A DNA stretch of 64,000 bases, from the NCBI GenBank assembly GCA_000004985.1, contig GG738923.1. The stretch is one strand, 5' to 3'. A program made the translations under genes and the position numbers. Under the pieces are notes generated by a model. It was not told where the DNA came from. It saw only the letters and a list, made by a program, of their open reading frames with translations, and made no database searches. Source of the DNA: Naegleria gruberi. Its lineage: Eukaryota. Positions 62,101 to 64,000 of the stretch are shown here, piece by piece. Position 1 is the stretch's first letter; every line of letters begins with the position of its first letter.

Positions 62101-64000
62101 NNNNNNNNNNNNNNNNNNNNNNNNNNNNNNNNNNNNNNNNNNNNNNNNNNNNNNNNNNNNNNNNNNNNNNNNNNNNNNNNNNNNNNNNNNNNNNNNNNNN
62201 NNNNNNNNNNNNNNNNNNNNNNNNNNNNNNNNNNNNNNNNNNNNNNNNNNNNNNNNNNNNNNNNNNNNNNNNNNNNNNNNNNNNNNNNNNNNNNNNNNNN
62301 NNNNNNNNNNNNNNNNNNNNNNNNNNNNNNNNNNNNNNNNNNNNNNNNNNNNNNNNNNNNNNNNNNNNNNNNNNNNNNNNNNNNNNNNNNNNNNNNNNNN
62401 NNNNNNNNNNNNNNNNNNNNNNNNNNNNNNNNNNNNNNNNNNNNNNNNNNNNNNNNNNNNNNNNNNNNNNNNNNNNNNNNNNNNNNNNNNNNNNNNNNNN
62501 NNNNNNNNNNNNNNNNNNNNNNNNNNNNNNNNNNNNNNNNNNNNNNNNNNNNNNNNNNNNNNNNNNNNNNNNNNNNNNNNNNNNNNNNNNNNNNNNNNNN
62601 NNNNNNNNNNNNNNNNNNNNNNNNNNNNNNNNNNNNNNNNNNNNNNNNNNNNNNNNNNNNNNNNNNNNNNNNNNNNNNNNNNNNNNNNNNNNNNNNNNNN
62701 NNNNNNNNNNNNNNNNNNNNNNNNNNNNNNNNNNNNNNNNNNNNNNNNNNNNNNNNNNNNNNNNNNNNNNNNNNNNNNNNNNNNNNNNNNNNNNNNNNNN
62801 NNNNNNNNNNNNNNNNNNNNNNNNNNNNNNNNNNNNNNNNNNNNNNNNNNNNNNNNNNNNNNNNNNNNNNNNNNNNNNNNNNNNNNNNNNNNNNNNNNNN
62901 NNNNNNNNNNNNNNNNNNNNNNNNNNNNNNNNNNNNNNNNNNNNNNNNNNNNNNNNNNNNNNNNNNNNNNNNNNNNNNNNNNNNNNNNNNNNNNNNNNNN
63001 NNNNNNNNNNNNNNNNNNNNNNNNNNNNNNNNNNNNNNNNNNNNNNNNNNNNNNNNNNNNNNNNNNNNNNNNNNNNNNNNNNNNNNNNNNNNNNNNNNNN
63101 NNNNNNNNNNNNNNNNNNNNNNNNNNNNNNNNNNNNNNNNNNNNNNNNNNNNNNNNNNNNNNNNNNNNNNNNNNNNNNNNNNNNNNNNNNNNNNNNNNNN
63201 NNNNNNNNNNNNNNNNNNNNNNNNNNNNNNNNNNNNNNNNNNNNNNNNNNNNNNNNNNNNNNNNNNNNNNNNNNNNNNNNNNNNNNNNNNNNNNNNNNNN
63301 NNNNNNNNNNNNNNNNNNNNNNNNNNNNNNNNNNNNNNNNNNNNNNNNNNNNNNNNNNNNNNNNNNNNNNNNNNNNNNNNNNNNNNNNNNNNNNNNNNNN
63401 NNNNNNNNNNNNNNNNNNNNNNNNNNNNNNNNNNNNNNNNNNNNNNNNNNNNNNNNNNNNNNNNNNNNNNNNNNNNNNNNNNNNNNNNNNNNNNNNNNNN
63501 NNNNNNNNNNNNNNNNNNNNNNNNNNNNNNNNNNNNNNNNNNNNNNNNNNNNNNNNNNNNNNNNNNNNNNNNNNNNNNNNNNNNNNNNNNNNNNNNNNNN
63601 NNNNNNNNNNNNNNNNNNNNNNNNNNNNNNNNNNNNNNNNNNNNNNNNNNNNNNNNNNNNNNNNNNNNNNNNNNNNNNNNNNNNNNNNNNNNNNNNNNNN
63701 NNNNNNNNNNNNNNNNNNNNNNNNNNNNNNNNNNNNNNNNNNNNNNNNNNNNNNNNNNNNNNNNNNNNNNNNNNNNNNNNNNNNNNNNNNNNNNNNNNNN
63801 NNNNNNNNNNNNNNNNNNNNNNNNNNNNNNNNNNNNNNNNNNNNNNNNNNNNNNNNNNNNNNNNNNNNNNNNNNNNNNNNNNNNNNNNNNNNNNNNNNNN
63901 NNNNNNNNNNNNNNNNNNNNNNNNNNNNNNNNNNNNNNNNNNNNNNNNNNNNNNNNNNNNNNNNNNNNNNNNNNNNNNNNNNNNNNNNNNNNNNNNNNNN
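17122..64000. other. Assembly gap: 46,879 consecutive N to the end of the window, with no sequence information
   Basis: Uninterrupted n characters from 17122 to 64000. Confidence 1.

Noticed and set aside
17122-64000. Searching the remainder of the window for features
   Set aside because: It is entirely N, so there is nothing to annotate.

Overview
Only positions 1-17121 of this window are real sequence; 17122-64000 is one unbroken run of N (assembly gap), and a second 50-nt N gap lies at 15678-15727. The real 17.1 kb is AT-rich, gene-dense nuclear DNA of a eukaryote using the standard genetic code. Supporting observations: A-rich contexts before ATG (e.g. aaaaaaaATG), short AT-rich spliceosomal introns (57-77 nt, GTATGT/GTAAGT donors, TAG acceptors), and His/Asn/K-D-E-S low-complexity protein inserts. 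This profile resembles an amoebozoan (dictyostelid-like) genome, but that attribution is inference. There is nothing prokaryotic: no operons, CRISPR, rRNA or tRNA. Genes I can support are: a TK1-type thymidine kinase; a small Cys-rich ORF; a DyP-type peroxidase with a poly-His N-terminus; a USP (C19) deubiquitinase-like protein that appears catalytically dead; an F-box protein; a protein with a C-terminal Myb/SANT domain (probably split by a tiny intron); a 932-aa ORF that fuses a degenerate G-alpha-like domain, a transmembrane helix and a carboxypeptidase-S-like M20 peptidase (the most unusual item); a 67-aa single-pass membrane protein; a type I membrane glycoprotein; DNA ligase I (three exons, extra C-terminal extension, cut by the gap); a C-terminal fragment of a Ser/Thr kinase with a frameshift next to the gap; and a sigma-class glutathione S-transferase whose 5' exon(s) I could not resolve. 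A palindromic E2F-like element (TTGGCGCCAA / GCGCGCCAAT) lies upstream of both replication genes (TK and LIG1). All functional calls come from motifs read by eye; no database searches were possible.
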